From positions 1 to 38,085 of the IMG/VR virus record IMGVR_UViG_3300025344_000002: a stretch of DNA of 38,085 nucleotides; one strand, 5' to 3'. The notes below the pieces were generated by a model. It was not told the DNA's origin and did no database searches. It was given only the letters and a program-made list of their open reading frames with translations. Shown in pieces: positions 8,397-16,334 of the stretch. Origin of the DNA: a virus (Duplodnaviria; Caudoviricetes). Position 1 is the first letter of the stretch; every line of letters begins with the position of its first letter. The position numbers were made by a program, and so were the translations under genes.

Positions 8397-9266
8397 TTAC
8401 TCTCCCATTTCTTCACAGAATTTACTTACATTACACCAATTTTCACATTTTCTTCCATCCCAATTCTCACGGTTGTTACATTTAGGACAATACTTTTTTT
8501 TCAGAGCATGTTGCAACTGCTCCTCTTTCATATTAAAGTACTGCATAACCTCTTCTCGCTCATAAATAGGAAGCTCTATTAAATACATGTTCTCAAGAAC
8601 TCCACGCTGTTTAGCCATCTGAGTACCACCATCACGAACAGTTATCTGTAAGAACATTCTCTTTACAGGAAACCCTGCATCTTCATAGAAAAGTCTGTAC
8701 CTATTCTGTTGCATTGTGTATTCCCAATTATCAACTAACTCAGGGTCTCTTATCCATTTATCGACCATTTTCACATCACCAGCTTGATATACTACCCCTT
8801 TCCTAGTAGTTTTTTTAACGTATAAATCACCGTCAGGATGTTCTATTTGTTCTGCTCTAAGTCCAAGCATCTGACCAACTTTGTAACTACCAGTAGATTT
8901 ATAATCATAAAGGAAACAATTATCACCTTCATATAAATCAGCAGTACCAGACATGAAATCTTTAAAAGTTACTTCAGCTAACTCGTTCTTTCCAACATTC
9001 TGCTCAAGCTTAGAGTGCATATCAGTACCAAGTAATCTAAAAGCCTGATCCTTTGGCTTTATATAGAAATCGTTCTGTATCTCTAACATGGCCTCTCTAG
9101 TTCCTTTTAGAAGCTGTGTAGTAGAAGCCATACCTTTCCAGATTCGTGTTTTAGCTATCTCTACAAGTGTAGGCCTAGTTAAACATCTTTCTCCACTAGG
9201 ACAACCACTCAGACATCTATCGAACTCAATTAAACCATCTCGACAATCAAATCCTATTTGTGGCAT
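8397..9266 (-). CDS. PD-(D/E)XK, Cas4-like exonuclease
   Basis: GTDMH, SGTADL, YDYKSTG, Q.N.Y and C-terminal C..WC...FC motifs; coupled to bet. Confidence 0.8.
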   Translation of the reverse strand: MPQIGFDCRDGLIEFDRCLSGCPSGERCLTRPTLVEIAKTRIWKGMASTTQLLKGTREAMLEIQNDFYIKPKDQAFRLLGTDMHSKLEQNVGKNELAEVTFKDFMSGTADLYEGDNCFLYDYKSTGSYKVGQMLGLRAEQIEHPDGDLYVKKTTRKGVVYQAGDVKMVDKWIRDPELVDNWEYTMQQNRYRLFYEDAGFPVKRMFLQITVRDGGTQMAKQRGVLENMYLIELPIYEREEVMQYFNMKEEQLQHALKKKYCPKCNNRENWDGRKCENWCNVSKFCEEMGE

Positions 9267-10450
9267 TACTCTTCACCTTTAAGTTCTGTGAAGTATTCAA
9301 TAACTTCACTTATCTGTGATTTTGACAAATCTTTACTAGAGCGTACACCCCACTTAGCTTGTAGAATATCTTTACCAGCAGTTTCGTAGTCCATACCAAT
9401 AGAAGTTATAGTTGTCATAAGCTTCTTAATCTGTGCAGAACTAGGCATATTTCTAAAACTAGCAGTAAATTCTAGGATTTGTTTCTCAGTTAATACAGAA
9501 GAATCTTTAGCACCATTAAATTTATCAAACATAACGCCTCTGGCCTCAGTTAAACCCATATAGCTATCATTAATAGATTTACCTAGTTCAACCCTCATGG
9601 CTTGAGTAGCCATTTTAAGCTTAATATCTTTTTCCTCTAAAGGTGGGACAGGAAAATCTTCGTCTTCGTGATCTACAGTTCCAGCATCTTCATCTTCATC
9701 TTCAGCTTCCTCTTTAACTTCTTCCTGCTTTGGTTTTTCCTTTACAGGTTCTTCTTCTTTCTCAACTACTTCAGCTTCAATAGCATCTTCTTTAATCTTT
9801 TCTTTTTTAGTCTTTTTAGCTTTAGTTTCTTTCTTTTCAACAATAGGTTCTTTAACTATTACACCAGTTGGTAAAGGTGCTTCAGCCTCATCTATTGAGT
9901 TTATTTCAGTAACCTCATACAAACCACCACAATCATCAGGAAAAGCTTCTCTAAGAGCTTGCATCAACGCAACCTTTTTAAGCATAGTTTTAGGTTTTGA
10001 TTTCCACATAGAGTTAGGTGCTTCTACTCCTGAATGATAATCCTTTTTAACACCAACATACTCTACATAATCAACAGTAACAGTTATAGGAACTGCGAAA
10101 CCGTTCATGTGAACTTTAGCAGTAGCAGTCATATCCGAATCTCTGAAGTTTTTCTTATCAACTGATCCTTCACATTCAACTACGTGTCCTGAATATTTAG
10201 CACTCTTCATAGCTCTTTTAAGGAAAGTCTCTTTACCTACTACGATTGTTGCAGGTGATCTATCGTTATACTTAATCAAATAAGCCTCTCTAATGAATGG
10301 GTTTAGGTTCTGAGCTTTACATATCTGAAGAAATACATGTATCTCTTTTTCTGTAGCTTTCTCGCATATGTATTTCTTTACGTCAGTATGTGTTAATTCA
10401 AACTTCTTTCCATTTGTTTCTACGACAACTAAGTCATTATTCTTTTCCAT
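9266..10450 (-). CDS. bet: Phage recombination protein Bet/RecT (single-strand annealing protein) with long acidic linker and C-terminal extension
   Basis: CKAQNLNPFIREAYLIKY and W.SKPKTMLKKVALMQALREAFP...GLY..EI motifs. Confidence 0.9.
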   Translation of the reverse strand: MEKNNDLVVVETNGKKFELTHTDVKKYICEKATEKEIHVFLQICKAQNLNPFIREAYLIKYNDRSPATIVVGKETFLKRAMKSAKYSGHVVECEGSVDKKNFRDSDMTATAKVHMNGFAVPITVTVDYVEYVGVKKDYHSGVEAPNSMWKSKPKTMLKKVALMQALREAFPDDCGGLYEVTEINSIDEAEAPLPTGVIVKEPIVEKKETKAKKTKKEKIKEDAIEAEVVEKEEEPVKEKPKQEEVKEEAEDEDEDAGTVDHEDEDFPVPPLEEKDIKLKMATQAMRVELGKSINDSYMGLTEARGVMFDKFNGAKDSSVLTEKQILEFTASFRNMPSSAQIKKLMTTITSIGMDYETAGKDILQAKWGVRSSKDLSKSQISEVIEYFTELKGEE

Positions 10451-10480
10451 CTTTAACTCCTTTTTTATTTTACTTATTTA

Positions 10481-10509
10481 ACTCTATCAGACTATACTCA
10501 ACTAGTCAA
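10481..10509 (-). promoter_or_regulatory. Putative sigma70-type promoter for the bet-exo-ssb-rusA operon
   Basis: Minus strand TTGACT-17 nt-TAGAGT with TGn extension, upstream of an AAGGAG RBS. Confidence 0.55.
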
Positions 10510-11101
10510 TACTGTTATCTTTTATTAGTTCCTCAACCCTTATCTTGCTTGAGTTGTAGCATTTTTCAACATCATCATCGCTGAATATTTTTCCTTTCTC
10601 TTTTTCCATCCTTCCAAGCTGTCTATTTATCTTAAATTTAACAACATCCCATACTTCAGGATATTTTATAGCGAACTGTAGACACATGACGATATTATCT
10701 CCAAGTTCATTTATAAAATTACTTTTTGTTGATAATGCTGGATGATCTATTTCCCAAAGAAGTTCTTCTAGCTCTTCTTTCATCTTAGCTAACTGTGTAG
10801 GTTCTCTATAATAATCAAATATTTTTCTTAAATCTTTTTCCAGTCGTTTTGTTATATCATTGTGATATTTTATATTATTTTCTATTAATTCAATTTCATC
10901 TTTATTACTTCTAAAAACAATCTCAACATCTTTTAATATTTTAAGTAGTTCACTATCTTCTACTTCTGAACCAAAATAAGGGTCAAAGCTAGAATAAGCA
11001 TCGAAAAGAAAACAATAACAATCATCTGAATCGTTCCACTCTATATTGTTATCTTCTAATATGCTTTCACATTCATTATTAAATCTTTTTACTTCACTCA
11101 T
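10502..11101 (-). CDS. Hypothetical protein with a C-terminal MazG-like (all-alpha NTP pyrophosphohydrolase) domain
   Basis: QLAKMKEELEELL...INELGDNIVMCLQF...KINRQLGR resembles the EExxE...ExxD pattern. Confidence 0.55.
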   Translation of the reverse strand: MSEVKRFNNECESILEDNNIEWNDSDDCYCFLFDAYSSFDPYFGSEVEDSELLKILKDVEIVFRSNKDEIELIENNIKYHNDITKRLEKDLRKIFDYYREPTQLAKMKEELEELLWEIDHPALSTKSNFINELGDNIVMCLQFAIKYPEVWDVVKFKINRQLGRMEKEKGKIFSDDDVEKCYNSSKIRVEELIKDNSID

Positions 11102-11142
11102 CTCTTTTTACTCCTTATACTTTGCTTTAAGCTTCTTGCTTC

Positions 11143-11493
11143 TTAGTCATTAGTTTTCTCCTTAACCTTATCGTACTGTCTCTTGCTATACTTACCACAA
11201 CGCTCACAATGAGAATCCCAACTACACCATTTATGTAATCCTATTTTGCACAATAATTTACGTATAGCAGTGTTATTGTATCCTGTGGTGTTAGCGCGGA
11301 GAGAATAATATCCAGTAGCAGCGTTACGGCTTCCTGTGGTGTTGGAGAGGAGAGAATAATAGCCAGTAGCAGTGTTATTGCTTCCTGTGGTGTTGGAGAG
11401 GAGAGAATAATAGCCATGCATGTTCTTACTATTTTCATGTTTAACTTTTAATTCACCACAATACTCAACTTTATTAAACGCTAAATTTCCCAT
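11143..11493 (-). CDS. Small chimeric protein: three tail-fibre-type 17-aa repeats fused to a C/H/CxxC zinc-finger-like domain
   Basis: AGGAG RBS; GYYSLLSNTTGSNNTAT-type unit three times; LLCKIGLHKW...CERCGK. Confidence 0.75.
   Translation of the reverse strand: MGNLAFNKVEYCGELKVKHENSKNMHGYYSLLSNTTGSNNTATGYYSLLSNTTGSRNAATGYYSLRANTTGYNNTAIRKLLCKIGLHKWCSWDSHCERCGKYSKRQYDKVKEKTND
11265..11415 (-). repeat. Three 51-nt units homologous, in inverted orientation, to the tail fibre 2 array at 35216-35572
   Basis: Shares GGM TAT TAT TCT CTC nnn nnn AAC ACC ACA GGA nnn nnn AAC RCT GCT A. Confidence 0.95.
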
Positions 11494-11503
11494 CTTCTAC
11501 TCC

Positions 11504-12118
11504 TTATATTTTGCTTTTAAGTTTTTCTCTAAGTCCATCAACTGTACTTATTCCATCATAGTAATCAGTTATTAATATATCAAACACTTCTTCAACTGCT
11601 TTCTGCTTCTCAGTTTCTAGTAGGGACTTGATGAACTTAATTTGGTCTTTATAGTAACATTGAGTCTCTGGGCAAATATTACACTCACCACCGACACGCT
11701 CACAAGGATAGTGCATCTTTGTTTTAAACTCATCTTCCCAACTCTTATCTTCTACCTTTTCAGCTTGTTCACTCATATCTATCATCTTTGTCTCTATTGT
11801 TAAATCTGCGAATGTTACTGGCTTGTTTCTCTCTAGCTCTGACACACGTTTCTCAGTCTCTTGTATCTCGCTTTTAACATAAGCTTTAAAGTCTGTAATA
11901 ATATTAGCCGTACCTGTAAAGTTGTGGTCAAATCTTTCTTCCCAACTCTCTTGCTTATCTTTGGTACCGAAATCTGCTTCGCTACCAGAATCTTCTACCT
12001 TTTCAGCTTGCGCAAACTTTCCACATTCTCCACAAAAATATCCTGCATTTCCCATGTCTCTACTAAATTCTAATCCAACGTGTCCACAGTTATCACATGT
12101 ATCATCATTTGTACTCAT
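11504..12118 (-). CDS. Mosaic hypothetical protein with an N-terminal zinc ribbon
   Basis: CDNC...CGECGK; internal MIDMSE pseudo-start; shares a 67-nt block with the gene at 12853. Start placed at ATG 12118 by RBS spacing; the ORF track starts at 12127. Confidence 0.7.
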   Translation of the reverse strand: MSTNDDTCDNCGHVGLEFSRDMGNAGYFCGECGKFAQAEKVEDSGSEADFGTKDKQESWEERFDHNFTGTANIITDFKAYVKSEIQETEKRVSELERNKPVTFADLTIETKMIDMSEQAEKVEDKSWEDEFKTKMHYPCERVGGECNICPETQCYYKDQIKFIKSLLETEKQKAVEEVFDILITDYYDGISTVDGLREKLKSKI

Positions 12119-12129
12119 CTCTATCACTC

Positions 12130-12840
12130 CTATTCTTTGTTAGCTAACATTAATTCCAGTATCGGCTTCCACTTTGTCCACCAATCCAACGCTTTACTAT
12201 CCAACGCTTTACTATCCATAGTCCTTATTTCTTCATCATCAAACCTAAACCATTCTTCTTTTGTATGAAATTGACAGCCTATCTTGATGTGAGTTGGAGT
12301 TGTGACTACTTGCCATGTTTCTGTTTGAATATATAGCCCAGCACCTTCCAAGTTAGCACCTCTCAAGTTAGCACATCTCAAGTAAGCACATCTCAAGTTA
12401 GCATCTTCCAAGTTAGCACCTCTCAAGTTAGCATTTCTCAAGTTAGCACCTTCCAAGTTAGCATCTTCCAAGTAAGCACCTCTCAAGTCAGCATTTCTCA
12501 AGTAAGCACCACTCAGGTTAGCACATCTCAAGTTAGCACCTCTCAAGTTAGCATTTCTCAAGTCAGCACCTCTCAAGTTAGCACCTTCCAAGTTAGCATC
12601 TTCCAAGTCAGCATTTCTCAAGTAAGCACCTTCCAAGTCAGCACATCTCAAGTTAGCACATCTCAAGTTAGCACCTATCAAGTTAGCATCTATCAAGTAA
12701 GCACCTCTCAAGTTAGCATCTTCCAAGTTAGCATCTTCCAAGTAAGCACATCTGTTTTTATCCAAACAATCCTTAATAGACTCATACGCTCCACTCAATA
12801 TAACTTTTCCTGTAATCTTGTGTTTAATTTCTACACTCAT
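12130..12840 (-). CDS. Pentapeptide repeat protein
   Basis: 27 A(N/Y/D)L(R/E/I/S)(G/D/N/C) units and a C-terminal IKIGCQFHTKEEW domain. Start placed at ATG 12840 by RBS spacing; the ORF track starts at 12849. Confidence 0.93.
   Translation of the reverse strand: MSVEIKHKITGKVILSGAYESIKDCLDKNRCAYLEDANLEDANLRGAYLIDANLIGANLRCANLRCADLEGAYLRNADLEDANLEGANLRGADLRNANLRGANLRCANLSGAYLRNADLRGAYLEDANLEGANLRNANLRGANLEDANLRCAYLRCANLRGANLEGAGLYIQTETWQVVTTPTHIKIGCQFHTKEEWFRFDDEEIRTMDSKALDSKALDWWTKWKPILELMLANKE
12343..12747 (-). repeat. 15-nt tandem repeat array (27 units)
   Basis: Unit GCT (A/T/G)AC TTG (AGA/GAA/ATA) (GGT/GAT/AAT/TGT), with one CTG AGT variant. Confidence 0.95.
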
Positions 12841-12852
12841 ATCTATCATCTC

Positions 12853-13170
12853 CTATTCTTTGCTTTTAAGCTCCTCTATATCAAATAAAATATCTTTGAA
12901 AGTAATCTTAGCGTCAGGATATTTCAACCCTGTTTGTAAAAATCCCTCAACTTTTCCCAACGCCTCAATAGTTGCTTTAGAATTTTCTAACTCTAAAAGC
13001 TCCTTAAACTTACCCTTTTTTATTGGTGGCAAACAATAATCATCTGTAATAGATATGTCGTTTACTACTCTGCCGAAATAAGTATCTTCCCAACTCTCTT
13101 GCTTATCTTTGGTACCGAAATCTGCTTCGGTACCAGAATCTTCTACCTTTTTATCATCGTTTGCACTCAT
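12853..13170 (-). CDS. Hypothetical protein
   Basis: AAGGAGATGAT RBS before ATG 13170; the ORF track extends to 13200. Confidence 0.7.
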   Translation of the reverse strand: MSANDDKKVEDSGTEADFGTKDKQESWEDTYFGRVVNDISITDDYCLPPIKKGKFKELLELENSKATIEALGKVEGFLQTGLKYPDAKITFKDILFDIEELKSKE

Positions 13171-13366
13171 CTCTATCATCTCCTTTTCTAAACTCAACAA
13201 TACGACAAGGAAATACCTTGCAAAACAACCACCATTGGATACGTTTCACTATAGTATATTTGTCTGTCATGCTAATACTAAGTTGCATAGGATTTTCACC
13301 GAACGATACTGTTAAATTATTATCAGGTAGTTCAAGCCCTATTGTTAAATCTTGTACTTCACTCAT
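13154..13366 (-). CDS. Hypothetical protein
   Basis: AGGAGATGAT RBS before ATG 13366; the ORF track starts at 13375. Confidence 0.65.
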   Translation of the reverse strand: MSEVQDLTIGLELPDNNLTVSFGENPMQLSISMTDKYTIVKRIQWWLFCKVFPCRIVEFRKGDDRDECKR

Positions 13367-13371
13367 ATCTA

Positions 13372-13509
13372 TCATCTCCTATTCTTTGTTGTGCTATCAA
13401 AAGAGGGCTTTCCATTTCCACCACAAGCACATTTAATTTCATACATTTTAAAGTTGCCCTGCATCTTATATGGCATTTCTTTACCACACTCTTTGCATAC
13501 TATCTTCAT
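13372..13509 (-). CDS. Small zinc-ribbon protein (45 aa, MKIVCKECGK...CACGG), not in the ORF track
   Basis: ATGA overlap with the upstream gene; CxxC and CxC pairs. Confidence 0.65.
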   Translation of the reverse strand: MKIVCKECGKEMPYKMQGNFKMYEIKCACGGNGKPSFDSTTKNRR

Positions 13510-14087
13510 AACTTCCCCGCCTCCTCTAGTATCTCATGTGCTTGTACTTCTTTGTGTGGTCGACCTAGAAAATAATCTTCTTTATCACCCCAAGTAACAT
13601 TATTTCGTTTATCTATAAATAAGTATTGAACATTTGTATAAAGAAGATTTGCTTCATATCCTAATTTCTCTAATGCCTCATTCACTTTACTATTCAACTC
13701 ACCGTTATATACTCTTACTTTTGTTTCTTTAAAGCTCTTAGGAACATACGCTGGCTTCTCTACATAATCGCTAGATAGTCTGTAAGTTGCTTCATTGTCA
13801 ATCACGTTCCACCTTTTAACCCAACCATGTGCATAGGTATAAATTTCTAAGTCCAAGTTTATCAAAGCCTTTTGCACATCTTCATCCAGCGTACCAAATG
13901 GTTGATTAATCCCTTTTAGGTACTCTATGCTTGGTGGTAGTAGTTCATCTGACTTACAGCTAGAAAACGACAAGTCATGTAACTCACCATCATCAACTAC
14001 GTATACTCTATCATTTCTAGTACCTAAAACCTTATACTTAAAGTTATGAAACGCATCTAAATACTCTCTACCTACTTTTAATTCCAT
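13506..14087 (-). CDS. Hypothetical protein
   Basis: 193 aa; AAAGGA RBS; starts MELKVG. Confidence 0.75.
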   Translation of the reverse strand: MELKVGREYLDAFHNFKYKVLGTRNDRVYVVDDGELHDLSFSSCKSDELLPPSIEYLKGINQPFGTLDEDVQKALINLDLEIYTYAHGWVKRWNVIDNEATYRLSSDYVEKPAYVPKSFKETKVRVYNGELNSKVNEALEKLGYEANLLYTNVQYLFIDKRNNVTWGDKEDYFLGRPHKEVQAHEILEEAGKL

Positions 14088-14139
14088 GTTTTTATCCTTT
14101 CTTAACTTGTTCTACTTGCATCTGCTCTTATCCATAGTC

Positions 14140-14358
14140 TTAATCCTTTATATTTAGTTCTTTTTTAAATAATTCTATTAACCTATATTGTTCTTCTACT
14201 GTTCCATGTTGCCATGTCCCGTTATACGCTTTTCCTGTTTCCCTATCTACTGCTTGTTCTATAGTTGCTTCATATTCTTCTAACGCATACTGTAAATCAA
14301 AGCTTATCTTATCGCCTACTTTTAATTCCATATCATTATCCTTTCTTAAATTATTCAT
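14140..14358 (-). CDS. Hypothetical protein
   Basis: AGGAG RBS; alternative internal start MELKVG at 14331. Confidence 0.65.
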   Translation of the reverse strand: MNNLRKDNDMELKVGDKISFDLQYALEEYEATIEQAVDRETGKAYNGTWQHGTVEEQYRLIELFKKELNIKD

Positions 14359-14425
14359 TCGCTATTTCTCCTAAAACCTAGTATTGCATCGTTCTTATTT
14401 TCTTGATCTATCATTAAATCCATAA

Positions 14426-14647
14426 CTATAGCCTCTTTATTTCTTCTGGTATATTGATAATAACTGGCTTCATTTTCCTAAAGAAGAAGTTTCTAGGTAG
14501 TCCAGTATCGCCAACCTCATACAACGCTAAAAAAACTCTTTCTTTCTGAGTTAATTCTTTACCATCACATTTACGCTTGCAACACTCAAAGAAATAATTA
14601 TAAATCTTACATTCAGTATCTTTTACTATTTTTCTAGTTTTCATCAC
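14426..14647 (-). CDS. Hypothetical protein
   Basis: AAGGAG RBS; 73 aa. Confidence 0.65.
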   Translation of the reverse strand: MMKTRKIVKDTECKIYNYFFECCKRKCDGKELTQKERVFLALYEVGDTGLPRNFFFRKMKPVIINIPEEIKRL

Positions 14648-14655
14648 TAACTCCT

Positions 14656-15177
14656 TTAAATTAAATCTACTCTTTCACTAAAACTATCAAATTTTTCTTG
14701 TTTTGTTTCTGTTACCCAATCCTTTCTGCATTGTGCATAAGCTAGGATCATTTCTCTTTGAAACTTTCCTTCATTCTCATATCCCATGTAATCCTTAAAT
14801 TTCTCTACCCCTTCCCATTTATAATTTCTAGTCATTCTTACAAGCTTATAGATAAAACTAGCTTTTCTACCTTTTTCGGTATCTTTATTCTTTTCCATTC
14901 TAGCTAAATCTTGTTCTAAAGAGCTTGAAAACTTATCTCTTACTAAATTATTCTCAATACTGACCAACTGAGCGAGTATAGAATCCACAGATAACGCACC
15001 ACGATCAGCAGGATTAGATTTCTTCAACTGTTTCAATAGTAACTCCTGTGCTTGTTCCGTCCAGCCCTTAAAATAGTCGTTAACGAACTCATACAAATAC
15101 TCATCGTTGATATGTTTATGGCCTAAAATATTACGAACTGTTTTTATATCGTTAAAAAATGTTTCTTTTTTATTCAT
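14656..15177 (-). CDS. Hypothetical protein, possibly a helicase-loader-like partner of the initiator
   Basis: 173 aa; AAGGAG RBS; overlaps the end of the initiator gene; function from position only. Confidence 0.6.
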   Translation of the reverse strand: MNKKETFFNDIKTVRNILGHKHINDEYLYEFVNDYFKGWTEQAQELLLKQLKKSNPADRGALSVDSILAQLVSIENNLVRDKFSSSLEQDLARMEKNKDTEKGRKASFIYKLVRMTRNYKWEGVEKFKDYMGYENEGKFQREMILAYAQCRKDWVTETKQEKFDSFSERVDLI

Positions 15178-15877
15178 CGAATTTAAACTCCTTAACTGTT
15201 GATTCTAGTTGGTTAAGATAACTTTCAAAATTATTACCAAACAATGTGCTTGGTCTTAGGAATTTACACATATCCTCATTATTAACCCATTCACGATATT
15301 TTATGATTATTACTCTTTCAAAATCTTTAACCGTAAAACCTTCTTTTAATCTTGCATTAATTAAATCTCTATTTTTCTTAGTTGTTGATTTATAGTTAGT
15401 ACCACATCTGTTATTTAAAAAGTCTATTATCTCGACTATGTATTTAACTTCTTCTTTAACTTCTACTTCTAATTCAACTTCTAATTCATGCGAACATTTT
15501 GCAACCAATTGACAACCATTTGACGGCAACGGTTCATAGTAAGGGATTGAGCTTTTTTTAAGTCTATCTTGCCTTAATGATTGGAAATCTTCAAATCTAT
15601 TAAAGTGTAAATATAGAACTTCATCTATTTTATATGAAGCTAATAGTTCTATTTCTATTAATTCTTTAACCCATTTTTCAGCTTGAATATAAGTAATTTC
15701 TTTACCGTTTTTTGATCTAGGAAAACAAATATCTTTAATATATCCGTATGATCCTAAAGTATTTCCATTATCATCTGTTTGGGTAAGTAGCCTGTTATAT
15801 AAACATTCAGACTCAAAGCTAACTTTACTAAATTTTTCCGATTTAGTTATGTTCTCATGTAACATTCTCTTTGACAT
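15170..15877 (-). CDS. Phage replication initiator/replisome organiser with conserved phage C-terminal domain
   Basis: KRML...SEKF...LY..L....DDNG at the N-terminus; IIDFLN...LINARLKEGFT...FLRPSTLFGNNFESYLNQ at the C-terminus. Confidence 0.8.
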   Translation of the reverse strand: MSKRMLHENITKSEKFSKVSFESECLYNRLLTQTDDNGNTLGSYGYIKDICFPRSKNGKEITYIQAEKWVKELIEIELLASYKIDEVLYLHFNRFEDFQSLRQDRLKKSSIPYYEPLPSNGCQLVAKCSHELEVELEVEVKEEVKYIVEIIDFLNNRCGTNYKSTTKKNRDLINARLKEGFTVKDFERVIIIKYREWVNNEDMCKFLRPSTLFGNNFESYLNQLESTVKEFKFDE

Positions 15878-15958
15878 TGTTATATCCTTTTACCTTTCTT
15901 TTCATAGCAGGAACAAGGGGGCTCGCTCCTGCTACATCAATGAGGGATTAACTATTTC

Positions 15959-15988
15959 ACTTTACTAAACTAGTTAACTACTTGTCAA
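15959..15988 (-). promoter_or_regulatory. Putative sigma70-type promoter upstream of the replication initiator
   Basis: Minus strand TTGACA-18 nt-TAAAGT; the spacer contains the palindrome TAGTTAACTA. Confidence 0.45.
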
Positions 15989-15990
15989 TA

Positions 15991-16206
15991 CTATATTAAA
16001 ATTTCTTCTTCTGTTTCTGACTTTTCTCGCTCTATAACTGGTAGGCCATAAGATTTTCTAATCATTAATAACTTTACTCTAGAGACTTTTAAAATCTTAG
16101 CAACTCTTACAGTTGTTTTACGTTTCAAAAGCTGTTCTAGGTCTTCTTTTGATATGATCTTGTTATATCTAAGTATCTTAGCTTCTAATACTGTACTCTT
16201 TGCCAT
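15991..16206 (-). CDS. Small putative helix-turn-helix DNA-binding protein
   Basis: TTVRVAKILKVSRVKLLMIRKSYGL fits an HTH pattern. Confidence 0.55.
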   Translation of the reverse strand: MAKSTVLEAKILRYNKIISKEDLEQLLKRKTTVRVAKILKVSRVKLLMIRKSYGLPVIEREKSETEEEILI

Positions 16207-16334
16207 TTTACTTTCTGCCCTTTCTCGTTGAGTGTTTTACCTTTACAATAAGCACCGATTACTCCATTTATTGCTAACATTTTTCCGTTAATCTTTGGTA
16301 GTCCTTTTAAGTCTGGTTCATATTCTTTGCTCAT
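16185..16334 (-). CDS. Small hypothetical protein (49 aa, MSKEYEPDLK...), not in the ORF track
   Basis: AAGGAG RBS; overlaps both neighbours. Confidence 0.6.
   Translation of the reverse strand: MSKEYEPDLKGLPKINGKMLAINGVIGAYCKGKTLNEKGQKVKWQRVQY

Larger units (their letters stand above)
11937..13151 (-). repeat. Dispersed 67-nt direct repeat (11937-12003 and 13085-13151, one mismatch)
   Basis: Both copies encode KVEDSG(S/T)EADFGTKDKQESWE; an internally deleted third copy lies at about 11733-11767. Confidence 0.9.
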
